Shown here: positions 1 to 11,010 of the stretch, piece by piece
Layout of the letters: every line of letters begins with the position of its first letter
Position numbering within the stretch: the stretch's first letter is position 1
Assembly (NCBI RefSeq): GCF_001194135.2
Contig: NC_068981.1
Span: forward strand, 12,839,299 to 12,879,333
Source: Octopus bimaculoides
Taxonomy: Eukaryota
Direction: 5' to 3'
DNA: 40,035 nt
Notes under the pieces: model-generated
Seen by the model: the letters and a program-made list of their open reading frames with translations, nothing else
Databases searched by the model: none
What the model was told of the DNA's origin: nothing
Made by a program: the position numbers and the translations under genes

Positions 1-25
1 TATATATAGATAGATAGATAGATAT

Positions 26-56
<31 letters not shown>

Positions 57-58
57 TA
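1..58. repeat. (GATA)n/(TA)n microsatellite
   Basis: Direct tandem GATA/TA units at the window start. Confidence 0.95.
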
Positions 59-797
59 CATGTTTTAAAAATAAACGTTGATTGGTGTTTCGAGCTTTGC
101 CAATTATCGTTTGAAGAACAGGTTAGAGAAAACTTGTTAGTATCGTGACACTATCACAGTAACTGTTCCGCTTCCCTTCAATTAACTTAAAATAATTACT
201 TCAAATTAACCCCACCACCACATATACTCACTCACTCACATACACACACGCTCCTGCTCGCACATACACGCACATCTATGCACACACTCACACACATAAA
301 GAAGCACATTTGCGCACACACGCACGACAGTTCGTTCTCCAAATTTGCTGATGATGCAGTAACTGCTGATAAATAAAACAAAGCAGAAAAAAAAAGATAC
401 AATCGAGAAAGAAAAAGAAAACAGATGACACCTAGAGTAGAATGATTCTATTCTTCGTTGATGAACAATGAAGAAAATTACGTCAACTGAATGGTATCAG
501 GTTCAGGGATTCTTACATGCTGGCATACAGAGCATCACAACTGTGTCCGCTAGCACTGTACTTTCCATTTGTCTGTAGCTAGGGAAGTAAACTTATCTCA
601 ACCTAGAAAATGTCAAATACGCAGCAGACTCAGAGAAGGAACTTTTGTCTGTATATCTATGTACTTTCTGCCATTAGTAAATATTGGAAACAAGATCTGA
701 CTACTGAGTTATTTCACAATGGTGTATAGTCACATGAAGAAAAAAAAAAGCACTTCAGGCTCTACAATATATTGTTGTTTTTAGATGACTTTATCTT

Positions 798-840
<43 letters not shown>

Positions 841-1849
841 GTCAGCCAGTCTGGCTGCCCCTCTCTCTCTCTCTCTATGTNNNNNNNNNNNNNNNNNNNN
901 NNNNNNNNNNNNNNNNNNNNNNNNNNNNNNNNNNNNNNNNNNNNNNNNNNNNNNNNNNNNNNNNNNNNNNNNNNNNNNNNNNNNNNNNNNNNNNNNNNNN
1001 NNNNNNNNNNNNNNNNNNNNNNNNNNNNNNNNNNNNNNNNNNNNNNNNNNNNNNNNNNNNNNNNNNNNNNNNNNNNNNNNNNNNNNNNNNNNNNNNNNNN
1101 NNNNNNNNNNNNNNNNNNNNNNNNNNNNNNNNNNNNNNNNNNNNNNNNNNNNNNNNNNNNNNNNNNNNNNNNNNNNNNNNNNNNNNNNNNNNNNNNNNNN
1201 NNNNNNNNNNNNNNNNNNNNNNNNNNNNNNNNNNNNNNNNNNNNNNNNNNNNNNNNNNNNNNNNNNNNNNNNNNNNNNNNNNNNNNNNNNNNNNNNNNNN
1301 NNNNNNNNNNNNNNNNNNNNNNNNNNNNNNNNNNNNNNNNNNNNNNNNNNNNNNNNNNNNNNNNNNNNNNNNNNNNNNNNNNNNNNNNNNNNNNNNNNNN
1401 NNNNNNNNNNNNNNNNNNNNNNNNNNNNNNNNNNNNNNNNNNNNNNNNNNNNNNNNNNNNNNNNNNNNNNNNNNNNNNNNNNNNNNNNNNNNNNNNNNNN
1501 NNNNNNNNNNNNNNNNNNNNNNNNNNNNNNNNNNNNNNNNNNNNNNNNNNNNNNNNNNNNNNNNNNNNNNNNNNNNNNNNNNNNNNNNNNNNNNNNNNNN
1601 NNNNNNNNNNNNNNNNNNNNNNNNNNNNNNNNNNNNNNNNNNNNNNNNNNNNNNNNNNNNNNNNNNNNNNNNNNNNNNNNNNNNNNNNNNNNNNNNNNNN
1701 NNNNNNNNNNNNNNNNNNNNNNNNNNNNNNNNNNNNNNNNNATAAGCGAAAATGCACATTGGAAATCAAAAAATGTAAAGGTTTTTTTATGAAAAGTAAT
1801 GATAGATATAAACAAATAGATGAACTGAGGTAGTAATAGAAGTAATAAA

Positions 1850-3176
1850 AGTCATTATTGTGAATTGTTAAAGAGATTCAAAAGCATAGCGGTTTCGTAA
1901 AATTACTGGTCACTGCTTTAAATGCACACCGATTACCGAACGGTGTAGGATCTACTAGCCCCTGAGTAAAAGAACTATGTGTAAGGAAGGTAAGTAGCTC
2001 TGGATTTGGTGCAATTATGGTAGATATAGATCTGTAAGGTGAATGGTGTATGGGATATATGGGTGGTATTAATTGAAAGGTTAGTAGTGTTCTGTATTAA
2101 GTGATTTGTTCATATTGACTTGTGGAAGATATTTATAGATGAAAGTTGCCTCTTTATTCATTCTTTATTGTACTGAGCTGTTCTGTGAACATTGATAGAA
2201 GGGAAAAATTAGGAAATTAGGATTAAAGTTCCTCGCACAATTGTCTATGTGTTCACTGACTAGTATCTGTCTGTATTTTGCGTGGCGGATTTGTTCTTTG
2301 TGGAGAGTGGTTCTTCGACGGAGTGATATTCCTGTTTGGCCAATATAATGATTACCGCACCCTAATCAAGTAATGGAATAGATTAGATTTTCCGAGGCAC
2401 AGGTGAAATTTGATTCAATCTTAAATATTTATTGTTGTTTAAAGTGGAACTCTGAACCCTCCAAAGGTCGGGAGCAGGTACCACAGTGAGGTGGACCACA
2501 TTTATTTCAGTTCTGGTTCCGTTGTTAATGGATATAGTCTTGCGCTGGTCAATATTTTTCCAGTGATTNNNNNNNNNNNNNNNNNNNNNNNNNNNNNNNN
2601 NNNNNNNNNNNNNNNNNNNNNNNNNNNNNNNNNNNNNNNNNNNNNNNNNNNNNNNNNNNNNNNNNNNNNNNNNNNNNNNNNNNNNNNNNNNNNNNNNNNN
2701 NNNNNNNNNNNNNNNNNNNNNNNNNNNNNNNNNNNNNNNNNGATTAGTATTGATCTGAGTTCAACGAGTCTTCATTTACGAATGTAGGTGTCCGAAACTA
2801 TGGTACAGATTCTTTTCTCTAGATTATTAGTTATATTAATTTTTATGTGTTTGGGATGGCAAGAGTTGAATAATAGATATTGTTTAGAATCTGTGGGTTT
2901 ATAGAGGATGTCAGTTTCGATGTGGTCATTGACTATTTAATTAGGATGTCAAGAAAAAGGAGTCGTTTACTGCTGTGGTCCATGGTGAATTGTATGCTGT
3001 TATTAATATTGTTAAGCATTATTTTGAAATCGAGGAGTTTGTCTATGCTGTATTTCCAAAGTATAAATCTATCGTCCAAATACCTCTTCCCTTAAATAGC
3101 AATGAAATGAAATGCCATATTTTTGTAGTGATGATTGGTATATTTTAAGATCTAGGTAACCGATTACAAGGTTTAA

Positions 3177-3177
<1 letters not shown>
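1850..3177 (-). mobile_element. Penelope-like retroelement relic (RT C-terminal half, GIY-YIG endonuclease, 3' pLTR), 5'-truncated, interrupted by an N-gap
   Basis: Minus-strand translation gives KRYLDDRFILWKYSIDKLLDFKIMLNNINNSIQFTMDHSSKRLLFLDILIK...ETDILYKPTDSKQYLLFNSCHPKH (PLE RT domains 5-7 and thumb, about 2760-3095). It also gives NFTCASENLIYSIT*LGCGNHYIGQTGISLRRRTTLHKEQIRH...SEHID (GIY-YIG, about 2110-2400). Contains stops. Ends at a (TA)n array. Confidence 0.9.
1881..1919 (-). ncRNA. Degenerate minimal type I hammerhead ribozyme in the Penelope 3' pLTR
   Basis: Minus strand AAAGCA-GTGACCA-GTA ATTT TAC-GAAA-C CG C TA-TGCTTT. Stem I (AAAGCA/TGCTTT) and stem II (GTA/TAC) are intact. The core differs from CUGANGA at 2 positions, and stem III ACCGCT is one change from the palindrome ACCGGT. 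Confidence 0.6.

Positions 3178-3221
<44 letters not shown>
3178..3221. repeat. (TA)n microsatellite
   Basis: Perfect TA run at the 5' truncation point of the Penelope relic. Confidence 0.95.
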
Positions 3222-3224
<3 letters not shown>

Positions 3225-3763
3225 GTGTATACATATGTGTGTCTGTATGTGTGTCTATATATAGTCATATACGTACATACAAACACGTATATATATACAT
3301 ATATGCATGTCTGCATGAGTATATGCATTCACATATGTAAACCTGTTATTTGAGAGTATATATATTTTTAGCATTTTTACACACATATCTATAATACATC
3401 AATTACCTTAAGGATGGTGATAATGGCCCTGATGTTAAGTTTTCTGTTCTTTTCACTTAACTTCAAATAACACCTAACCTCAATCTGCGTGTGCCGTTCA
3501 CTTGTGCCTGTCCAGTGAAAATGATTGAATGTCAAAATGTATACCGTATTAACTGATTTGTACTTTGTGCTTTGGGAATATACTTTCTTACTTGATATCC
3601 GATTTATATCTGCTAAGAAACAATAGATTTACTTTAGCTGTCCAGTGGTCACCTTCTATAAGTATTTAAACTGATCATTCTCAACACAAACACATGACCC
3701 AATGTTAGAGAATGCAAATGAAATTTCAAATCAGAAAAATCTTTTTAAACATGACTAAACCTG

Positions 3764-3846
<83 letters not shown>
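3764..3846. repeat. (TATC)n microsatellite
   Basis: About 20 perfect TATC units. Confidence 0.95.
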
Positions 3847-3849
<3 letters not shown>

Positions 3850-3854
3850 TTTTT

Positions 3855-3960
3855 TCTTCCCGCGATCCCTTTTGATCGAAATTATCCCCCCACAAGAAAA
3901 GCTCTACTTTGTAATTTGTCCATTTTCTGTATTTAGCCCTGTGTGGCTATAATAAAAAGA
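3855..3960 (+). mobile_element. Possible SINE 3'-end fragment
   Basis: Motif ...gtaatttgtcc...gtatttagccc tgtgtggctataataaaaaga followed by (TATC)n resembles a recalled cephalopod SINE tail. No head is seen. Confidence 0.35.
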
Positions 3961-5426
3961 TATCTATCTATCTATCTATCTATCTGACTGTCTCTCTATC
4001 TCTCTATTTATCAATCTGTCTATCTATCTATCTATGTTATTCTATTCTATTCTAACTATACTCATACATATATGCATACACATACATACACTAAATGAAT
4101 AAATATTCGAAATTTTATATAGATATCAGTATTAATTATTACCATTAGTAAAATGAATAATAACAACAATATTATCAACAATATTATCAGCAGAAGCTGA
4201 TAAATGGCAAATCAAAAATTTTATAATCAACTTTTCATTGTAATTGGTCATATACGGTGCCAGCATTGTGAAAATCAGTGTCGAAATATCCTCCAAGAAA
4301 ACCACCAATCACTGAAAAAATAATAAGCTCAACAGAAATCGGGCTAAGAGCCAAGAAATTAACTTGCCATCTCGGCAGAAAGCCGTTCAATGAGGAAATA
4401 GACATCCGTGTATATACATACATGCATACATACATGCATACATACATGCATGCATGCATGCACACATACATTCATATATGCACGCATGGATACGCATGTG
4501 ACTGTGCGTGTCTGTAAGTATACATACATCTATATATATATATGTATGTCTGTCTGCATAGCTATGTGTGCACGTGTGTATGCAAACAGGCACACACACG
4601 TCCGTGATTGTATGTAATATCGCCAGCTTCTCACAGTTTCAATACGCATTTCTTTTACCCCTGCTGTACTTGATAAATTCTAATAAGTGGCCTTCTTATT
4701 AAAACTGATACTACGATGATTAAGAAGGTTTCATGATATACTGCAGCCTTTAATAATCTCCCTATATTAGAACATTCCCAGCTTCAGAAATTTTATCATT
4801 GATCTTAATAGATATGTAAGGAAGCAAATCTTCCGAGTCTAGTTTCTCTTTCAACACTTCCTTTGAAGCGTTTTTTCTTCTTTTACTTTTCTTTTTTTTT
4901 TTCTGAGTGATATGAACGTCTACATAAACATCTTTCATTTCCTAGACCTGCTCGTGCATGAGGAGATATCTTTAAACCATATAAATTCATAAACTGATAT
5001 AATTATTAAAGAAAAGAAAAATATAAACGTTTATTATATTAAATTTCAAGCAATTATTGTGGCGACAAATGCAAAATTGAGATATACAACTTCAATATTG
5101 GAGTTATCGTGATCTTGTCTCAATATATTTCGTCCCATATTAAGAAAAAAAAAATTGCTAAGTAGTGATTATAATTGCTGATTTCAGATATATATTATGA
5201 GAAGTGTCTTCTGAACGTTTACATTTCCTAATATATTTGTTGTACTTTTTTAAGACATTCATATCACTTACTTGCTTGCAATGTCTTGATGCTAGAATAA
5301 GAAAAATAAAAACATCAAGGATATTAATAATAAACTTTTATTACTGCTAGCAGTCAAATCAAATTAAAATCTATAGGGAACACACACCCATACACACAAA
5401 CACATACAGACACTCTGACAGACAAT

Positions 5427-5437
5427 TAGATAGATAA

Positions 5438-5472
<35 letters not shown>

Positions 5473-5521
5473 TATAGATAGATAGATAGCCAGATAGATA
5501 TATAAATAGATAGATAGATAA

Positions 5522-5562
<41 letters not shown>

Positions 5563-5588
5563 CAGATAGATAGACAGATAGATAGATA
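5427..5588. repeat. (TAGA)n microsatellite, imperfect
   Basis: Long GATA/GACA run. Confidence 0.95.
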
Positions 5589-5994
5589 TTATTGATGATA
5601 TTATAAAGAAGCAAGTGCCGTGTATATGTATGGATATTCTAGAAAGCAGATGCTTTGTCTACAGCTCTAACGCAAAGCTAGATATGTTGTGGTTTGCTGT
5701 CAATAAATAAATGTAGGTGCCTTACTGGGTTACTTTGCGCAGAAATTTCTCATGACAGTCCCCAAAATGCGAGATATAAATAATCTGTTTTTCGTCGAAA
5801 TTCAAATCAGATATGACTCACTGCACTGTATCAATGGAGAAATTTAGTTCCCTAAAAGTTTCGCAGTATTTCAAGAATTGAAACTAGCAGTCTTCTCTGG
5901 TTCAAGGCTGGTTATTCTTATATTTCATAATTCTTATAATCCATTGATTCATTTCATTGTTTGCTATGTAAACACACAGGTACTTTTCCTGGAC

Positions 5995-6160
5995 TTCTTT
6001 TCATTCTCCGACCTCTACATTCTCCTCTTTCTAGTGTAGAGCTATGCTCGAAACATCAAAACCCTACACTTTTTCCCGACTTTAACGAACCCCAAGCTAA
6101 TATATTTCTTGAGTACGTCTTTTTGCTATTCTGTCGTTTGTAATTTTTAATGTTTGATTT
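5995..6160 (+). mobile_element. Probable Penelope pLTR fragment with an eroded hammerhead remnant
   Basis: GAGC-TAT-GCTC hairpin directly followed by GAAAC (about 6047-6066), the stem II plus GAAA geometry of a hammerhead. The CUGANGA box is unrecognisable. Confidence 0.4.
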
Positions 6161-6218
6161 GACAATATATTAACTGAAACTGAGAGTTTGTCTGTCGACT
6201 AGAGTTTTGAGGAAACCC

Positions 6219-6219
<1 letters not shown>

Positions 6220-6269
<50 letters not shown>

Positions 6270-6350
6270 CGAATGTGTGTGTATGTCTGCGTGTGTGTGC
6301 GTGTGTGTGAATATGTGTGTAAGTGTGTGTGATTGTCTGTGTGTGTGTGA
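6220..6350. repeat. (TG)n microsatellite, imperfect
   Basis: Direct TG units. Confidence 0.95.
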
Positions 6351-7880
6351 TTGTGCTTCTAAAAGGGTTTGTGTTTACAGTATTCGTAAGATAATGTATT
6401 GTAAGTGCTATCATGGTAAGTGTCCGGGACATCTGTCGGCGTCGACTTCAAGTCGTAGATGAGTTTCCTGTTGAATGTAAGGATAAGTATCTAGAATATG
6501 TTTCTCATGGTGTGTTAATATACTTTTTCTTCTATGAATAGTGTATCCGAAAGTTTAAACAGATAACTTTGCTTTTTATTCACGTCGTGACGTTGTAAAA
6601 ATATTTAAAATCAACCTGGAGGGATACGGTTGTGTTTCTCCATATCTATTATTACTGCTTCTATCATATTAAGTCTTTCATCTTCTTCATCATTGCGATT
6701 GCTGCTTTCTGACTCATGATACAGTGTACAAACATCTACGTTTAGTTGCTTGATCGATATCATTAGTGTTTCGCGAGCTGATTTAGTGTATAACAGCATG
6801 AGTGATTTCTTCATTGTCATGTATAATTATTCCACCATAACATTTCCCTTGCTAGTCAGTACCGAATTTCATGTTATTTGATATGTGAATCGGCTATAGT
6901 TTACTATTATTTAATTTTTTGTGAATGCCTGGCATATATATTGCTTCATTGTAATTACCAAGATCCCATAGGTACAGAATTTTAATACTTCTCTGAATTT
7001 AAAAAGAAAAACAAACATCAAAAATGTATCAGTTGGATGCAATATTGTACGCTGCGGTTTGATTCGAGGCGAAAATGTGCTCATTTTGCATAGATGTGAC
7101 CAGATTTATCGGTGAGTACAGACACGTACAAATTACTTCTCTTTATGGCAACATAACAAACTTTAGGTGCACATCATAAGTGAGTCAGTCCCTGATAATA
7201 ATTTTCTCGACGTCTGTGTTACAAACTTCGAAATTAGAGGTTTTAAATTTCATTTCGGGTTTTGACCCATGGATTGGAATGTTCTTGTTTGCGTTTCCAG
7301 CATAGTTCGCAAGTTTCTTTCTATAGTAACAAATTCACCTCACGTCATTCAAATGCTCCACCCTTACTGCTTTTCAAGGTCATGCTCGTACAGCTAACTC
7401 CCATCATTGTGAACGTCTTTGCACAAATGCTTTTCATATCAGCAACCTGACACTCCTTCATATTCCTTGCTCCAACGTCTAAGCTTTATTTTCGTCTTTC
7501 ATGATAGTGTATAGCACATTTAAATAAACTTACACATACGTAAGAGTAGGAAGATTTCTCTTTTACCCCTATTTGTGCCATTGTATCGATAATTCGTGTG
7601 AACCTTTGATTAGAATACTCGTAGATTGTCTGGATATAGTCCCTACGATTATGATGAGGAGAAGCCCTCCTAACAGCCAGTTTTGCCTCGAATTATATTT
7701 TGCCAAATATTCACTCTAGTCTCGTATTGAATCAGGTTGAATGTACCGGTTTCCTTCTGCTGTCATGTTAGTGTGTGTATAAATGTTATTATTTTTGTGC
7801 CTTAAATTCAAGAAACATAATCAGAGATACGGAGAAGAAACCGGAACAATTGTTCTGATTATTTTGGAGAAAATAGAAAT

Positions 7881-8185
7881 ATTTACATAATTCACATTTG
7901 ATGGATATTTGCCCTCATCTTGCTTGTTGTTAACACAACGTTTCGGCTGATATACCCTCCAGCCTTCATCAGGTGTTTCAGGAAATTTCGAACCTGGGTT
8001 CTCATTCCTAAGGTATTTTTCGAAGTCCTTGTTGTCGTTGTTTTTTATTATTGTTGTTGTTATTATTATTATTATTATTATCATCATTATTATTATTATT
8101 ATTATTATTAATATTATTCAGGTCACTGCTTAGAATCGAATTCAGAATCTTGGGGTTAGTAGCCCGCTCTCTTAACCACAACGCC
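7881..8185 (-). mobile_element. tRNA-derived SINE with internal (AAT/AAC)n tract and hammerhead ribozyme (copy 1)
   Basis: Minus strand: tRNA-like head GGCGTTGTGGTTAAGAGAGCGGGCTACTAACCCCAAGATTCTGAATTCGATTC (A and B boxes), then (AAT)n at about 8045-8112, then the body with a hammerhead, then an AATGTAAAT-like tail. Flanked by the direct repeat ATAGAAAT (7873-7880 and 8186-8193). Two more copies lie at 16330-17000. Confidence 0.85.
7932..7977 (-). ncRNA. Minimal type I hammerhead ribozyme with intact core
   Basis: Minus strand AACAC-CTGATGA-A-GGCTG(gagggtatat)CAGCC-GAAA-C-GT-T-GTGTT. Stem I is 5 bp, stem II is 5 bp, core is CUGAUGA/GAAA, stem III is the palindrome AACGTT. The GUU triplet predicts cleavage between 7937 and 7936. 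One extra A lies between A9 and G10.1. Confidence 0.8.
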
Positions 8186-8539
8186 ATAGAAATTTATTGG
8201 GAAAGTTCACTTCATTCTAATTTAATCAATCGTACATAAGGAATGATCGATTAAGCATACAGGAAACCATTACTCCAAGCTATCTTCTTCAGAGCAGGTT
8301 TTAAAAAAAGATAAGATTCATAAGCCTGAAACAAGAACATGACCAAACACATAACTAAAACAGCTGTAAGCCTATAATAAATAAAACAATGCATATAATT
8401 CATTATTTCTGTCTACTTCATGTATCATTCTGTAAAAACATATTATCTCAACTTGGTAACGGCATTATGCTTCACAAATTCGAGTGGTGATAGATTTTAA
8501 TTTCGTACAATACCGATCGCAAGACATTTTATTATTTAC

Positions 8540-8601
8540 ACACACAAACATATAAGCACGCACGTGCACGAACACACACACACACACACAAACATACACT
8601 T

Positions 8602-8632
<31 letters not shown>

Positions 8633-8657
8633 AACGCACATATATATATATATATAT
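8540..8657. repeat. (CA)n/(TA)n microsatellite flanking a gap
   Basis: Direct repeats running into the N-gap. Confidence 0.9.
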
Positions 8658-10000
8658 NNNNNNNNNNNNNNNNNNNNNNNNNNNNNNNNNNNNNNNNNNN
8701 NNNNNNNNNNNNNNNNNNNNNNNNNNNNNNNNNNNNNNNNNNNNNNNNNNNNNNNNNNNNNNNNNNNNNNNNNNNNNNNNNNNNNNNNNNNNNNNNNNNN
8801 NNNNNNNNNNNNNNNNNNNNNNNNNNNNNNNNNNNNNNNNNNNNNNNNNNNNNNNNNNNNNNNNNNNNNNNNNNNNNNNNNNNNNNNNNNNNNNNNNNNN
8901 NNNNNNNNNNNNNNNNNNNNNNNNNNNNNNNNNNNNNNNNNNNNNNNNTATATATATATATATGTGTGTGTGTGTAATGGCTACATAAGCATATATTTAT
9001 ATATGCATACACATACACGTATATGGATATATATTCCCGTATACATATGTATTTCTTTGCTTGTGTGTATGCATGTAAGTATGTATGTATGAATGTATGT
9101 ACGTTTGTATGTATGCATTTATGTATGATTGTGTGTATTTCTGTGCATGTATTCTATTACATCATGAACACCCACAAGTGTTTCTACACATACTGAAACT
9201 TCAAACATATACAAAGTATATAGCGATGATATCTATATAGAACTTCAGGTATACCAGGCTTGGTCATGCATTTGAGATATAGAAAATATTAATGTTTTGT
9301 CTTTATCTACTGTATTAATACTTTCTGCTTTTACCGAGATATAGATTTGCATTTGCCATTGAAAATGTCGTATCATCCAACATATCTCTTCGATAAATAA
9401 CGAATTATAATTGAACTCTTTAGAAATATCGATACGTAGCAGTATTTAATGTGTTGACCATGGTATATACTTATACATATCATATTAAATCGCCGATCGC
9501 CGCATTAATACGTTTACTTCTATAGTAATATATTCATAAATCGTCTATGGAAAAGTTCAATATACCCTTTGTCTGATATCTAATATAATCTTTGTCCGGA
9601 AAGTGCATACGATTTATGTTTTAATATGTATTTCAATTGAAGATACTTACCTACGTATATACACACATATTTATGTGATTTTAGGAATATGTATGAGCGT
9701 CTTCAATATACAAATATATATACAAGCAACACTCACACATACAATATCTTAAGTGTTTTTGTACAACTTAAGTTTAACGTTCAGGGAAATAAATTTGACG
9801 ACTTTATTTCAAACGATCGCTACATTCGCTTGCAGAAACAGCACTGAAATTAAGTGTTCTTTAACTGTATGTCACGACCGTTCAGTTGCCAGCGACTAAT
9901 GATCGAACATATGAAGTCTTAATTAAGAAATTTATATTCGGTATAGTTTTGTTTATTATACTGGAAGCATTTACATGTTTAAACTTTATGTTCCAATTAT

Positions 10001-11010
10001 TAAGCCCATCGTCCCCAAATTTTTTTCTGTAATTTATTACCAATTTTTTTTTATACATCTTTATCTGATACTAAATATATAAAAGAAAAATTATTACAAT
10101 ATTCTACGAAAAAATACAGTTTTAGTTTGGTCCCTCTTTTTAGGACTATGGGCATATGGGGTGCTTTTGTTCAGAAAACAGGATTGTTAAAGTAGAATAC
10201 ATTATTTGAAAGCTGAAAATGATAATAAAAAAGCACCCTTTTATTTATTAATTAATTCAAATGAAATGCATATTACTTGAAAAAAAAAAGAAGAAAAGAA
10301 TAGAACATTTTCTTTTTCTGAACAATCTAAATACAGATTATTTCGAATGCCATTTGTTGAAATATTCACCCATATTAAGACCAACATCGTATTTTACACA
10401 TTGTTTTGAAAATTCTTTTTCGCAAAAGGCACATTTTCTTTGTTTCCTTCCATCTGTTCTATCAAGAGAATGTCTTGCTGTAGAAAATCTAATTTCTGTC
10501 TCAATCTTTTTCCAAGAGAAATTGGAGCTTTTCTTTCTTTTTCCTTCGTGTTTTGTTTGTGCTTCGTTATCATAACAATGAAGCGCAACACTCCGTGGCA
10601 CCTCCTGCAAGATAAAATCGGATCTCTGTTCCCATCATCTAAAATCTCATCATCAAATTCTTCTTCATCAGTTAGTTCATTTACTGGTGGAGGAGTTTCT
10701 ACAATTTCAATAAAGTCTTCATGATTGGAGACTCATGTATTTCTGCATAATTTACTGCATCATGAATTGAACAGAATGACTTGGCTGAATGGTAGAAAGC
10801 CATGGGAAAATATCTGAAAATAAAACTAAAATACGAATAATAAAGAAACAAAATAATTTTTTCTTCACAGCTGTCTATGCATAGAAAATGTTTTCAGCAT
10901 AAAAAAAGTTGTACCCCTGAAAACCGTGTTCCCTGTGATGCAACACCCATAAGAAAATGTGAGGAAAATGGAGTTCTACTGATCATGGTACTTATATTAG
11001 GACTAAACTT
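10001..11010 (-). mobile_element. Non-autonomous piggyBac (PGBD-like) internal-deletion derivative
   Basis: Minus strand ATG at 10803: MAFYHSAKSF...EDFIEIVETPPPVNELTDEEEFDDEILDD...QEVPRSV (piggyBac acidic N-terminus, 2 frameshifts). This is fused to RHSLDRTDGRKQRKCAFCEKEFSKQCVKYDVGLNMGEYFNKWHSK* (C-terminal cysteine-rich domain, stop at 10338). The DDD core is absent. TTAA+GCCCATCGTCCCC end at about 10001, with an internal inverted copy at about 10141-10156. The other terminus is degenerate. Confidence 0.8.

Noticed and set aside
772-1833. Long ORFs made mostly of X (also at 2491, 8536, 19802, 25982, 28647, 29674 and 31635)
   Set aside because: Artefacts of N-gaps, which mostly abut long TA/CA/TC microsatellites where the assembly broke. 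They carry no coding information.
3712-4617. ORFs rich in LSIY, YVCM, HT or CV repeats (also at 5426, 6199, 16681, 27114 and 31022)
   Set aside because: Translations of (TATC)n, (CATA)n, (CA)n and (AAT)n microsatellites.
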